56,299 nucleotides of DNA, taken from positions 1 to 56,299 of the forward strand of contig JAJDAV010000113.1 of assembly GCA_029261695.1 (NCBI GenBank), given 5' to 3'. Shown piece after piece: positions 55,460 through 56,299 of this stretch. The stretch comes from Nitrospinaceae bacterium. GTDB taxonomy: Bacteria > Nitrospinota > Nitrospinia > Nitrospinales > VA-1. Positions within the stretch are counted from its first letter, which is position 1; each line of letters begins with the position of its first letter. The notes beneath the pieces were generated by a model, which worked only from the letters and a program-made list of their open reading frames with translations, was not told the origin of the DNA and searched no databases. The position numbers and the translations under genes were made by a program.

Positions 55460-55798
55460 CTACTCCACTAAGGCTTGCTCTTTTGTATCGAAAACTTCAA
55501 AAACGGTTAACAGGCGCGCAATCTCAAAGACATCTTTAACTCCAGGAGTTAGAGAGACCAGTCGAAATTTATTCTGACTGCTGTGACTCCATTGCAGCCC
55601 TTCGACCAGTGTGGCAATGCCTGAACTATCGATATAGGAGACCCCTGATAAATCCACAATAATGGCTTTATTATTTTCCTTAAACAAGGGAGCTAGAATA
55701 TCGCGGACTTTTGTCGACGAACTCATATCGATGTCGCCATTGACTGATACGGTGACTGTGTTTTCCGCGAGATGCTCTAACTTCAACTCAATGCTCAT
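55460..55798 (-). CDS. STAS-domain protein (anti-sigma-factor antagonist SpoIIAA/RsbV-like; sits in the MlaB position)
   Basis: 112 aa. VSYIDSSGIATLVEG retains the DSSG phospho-acceptor motif. Its start overlaps the upstream kinase stop (ATGA). Confidence 0.85.
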   Translation of the reverse strand: MSIELKLEHLAENTVTVSVNGDIDMSSSTKVRDILAPLFKENNKAIIVDLSGVSYIDSSGIATLVEGLQWSHSSQNKFRLVSLTPGVKDVFEIARLLTVFEVFDTKEQALVE

Positions 55799-56238
55799 TC
55801 TTTATTCTTCTCCTGAACCGACGTTAACTCGCTTTTTAATTTTTTAACCATTGTCAACAAAGTGCCTTTTGCCCTTTCGGTGCAATAGCTCACTTCATCC
55901 ATGATCTCGTTAATGAAATGTGTACCCAATCCACCAGGTTTTATCTGGTCGAGACAGCGCGGCTTGATTTGGCTGCTATCACATTGCTTGCCGTAATCTC
56001 TTATCTGGACTTTGAAGTCATCCTCATCGATGAAAAAGGTAGCTTCGATAGGTTCCTCACAAGGCCCACCGTAACCATGCTTTATGACGTTGGAACAGGC
56101 TTCGTCCACGCAAAGAATGAGACGTCTTGCTGTTTCGTCCGGAACTTCATGGTAGTCCAGAAGTTCCTGAAGAACTTTTCGAATCAACCCCAGATACTTT
56201 GGGTGACTTGGTATGGAAAGTTTAATAGGTTGCGACAT
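55795..56238 (-). CDS. RsbW/SpoIIAB-like anti-sigma-factor serine kinase (GHKL HATPase_c_2)
   Basis: 147 aa with N-box CVDEACSNVIKHGYG and G-box IKPGGLGTHFINEIMDEV. Confidence 0.82.
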   Translation of the reverse strand: MSQPIKLSIPSHPKYLGLIRKVLQELLDYHEVPDETARRLILCVDEACSNVIKHGYGGPCEEPIEATFFIDEDDFKVQIRDYGKQCDSSQIKPRCLDQIKPGGLGTHFINEIMDEVSYCTERAKGTLLTMVKKLKSELTSVQEKNKE

Positions 56239-56270
56239 ACAGTTATTGAATTTTAATGGTTGAAGCTAAC

Positions 56271-56298
56271 AGTATACCTTGAAACCCCGTTATTTCAA
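56271..56298 (-). promoter_or_regulatory. candidate sigma-70 promoter for the kinase-STAS-mla operon (TTGAAA-N16-TATACT)
   Basis: The minus strand reads aTTGAAAtaacggggtttcaaggTATACT. The -10 ends 32 nt upstream of ATG 56238. Pattern match only, at the window edge. Confidence 0.3.
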
Positions 56299-56299
56299 T

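Noticed and set aside
1-56299. Search by eye for CRISPR arrays, IS elements or transposases, integrases, phage genes, toxin-antitoxin pairs, reverse transcriptases and known defence-system hallmarks
   Set aside because: I recognised none: no regularly spaced direct repeats, no DDE or tyrosine-recombinase motifs, and no RT motifs. The only repeats are the short C5/G5 hairpins and coding-level repeats (TPR, pentapeptide). This was not an exhaustive computational scan.

Overview
This 56.3-kb window looks like ordinary chromosome from a low-GC diderm bacterium (G+C judged by eye at about 40%). I call 55 protein genes and one tRNA-Leu(CAA). I saw no rRNA, CRISPR array, transposase, integrase or phage genes. 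All functional calls come from motifs I recognised in the supplied translations and from reading the DNA; no database search was run.

The backbone is housekeeping: mnmG (truncated at the left edge), folD, xseA/xseB, tlyA, gpmA, recN, rimO, pfk, and the conserved run rpsB-tsf-pyrH-frr-uppS-cdsA-dxr followed by ispF and a KAS II-type ketosynthase.

Two other gene classes are interleaved with it:
- **Envelope and glycan genes:** methyltransferase/GT2/radical-SAM-SPASM/GT4 (2.0-6.3 kb); three tandem GT-C+TPR (TMTC-like) paralogs (19.5-25.5 kb); a GT9 heptosyltransferase; an unlinked mlaC.
- **Sensory genes:** a triple-PAS histidine kinase, a BLUF protein next to a truncated haemoglobin, a GAF sigma-54 activator, and a degenerate HD-GYP protein.

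The most unusual items:
1. A tightly packed minus-strand operon (50.2-56.2 kb) in which an RsbW-like Ser kinase and a phosphorylatable STAS protein precede mlaE-mlaF-mlaD. The operon then runs on into a TPR lipoprotein and a GT-C membrane protein.
2. An orphan 319-aa protein (14310-15269) with its own promoter-like and terminator signals and a C-terminal Cys/His pattern resembling an HNH/His-Me finger.
3. A PLP racemase translationally overlapped with a DUF1611 protein.
4. tlyA interrupted by a frameshift in an A9 run.
5. A recurring C5T/AG5 tetraloop hairpin at three gene ends.
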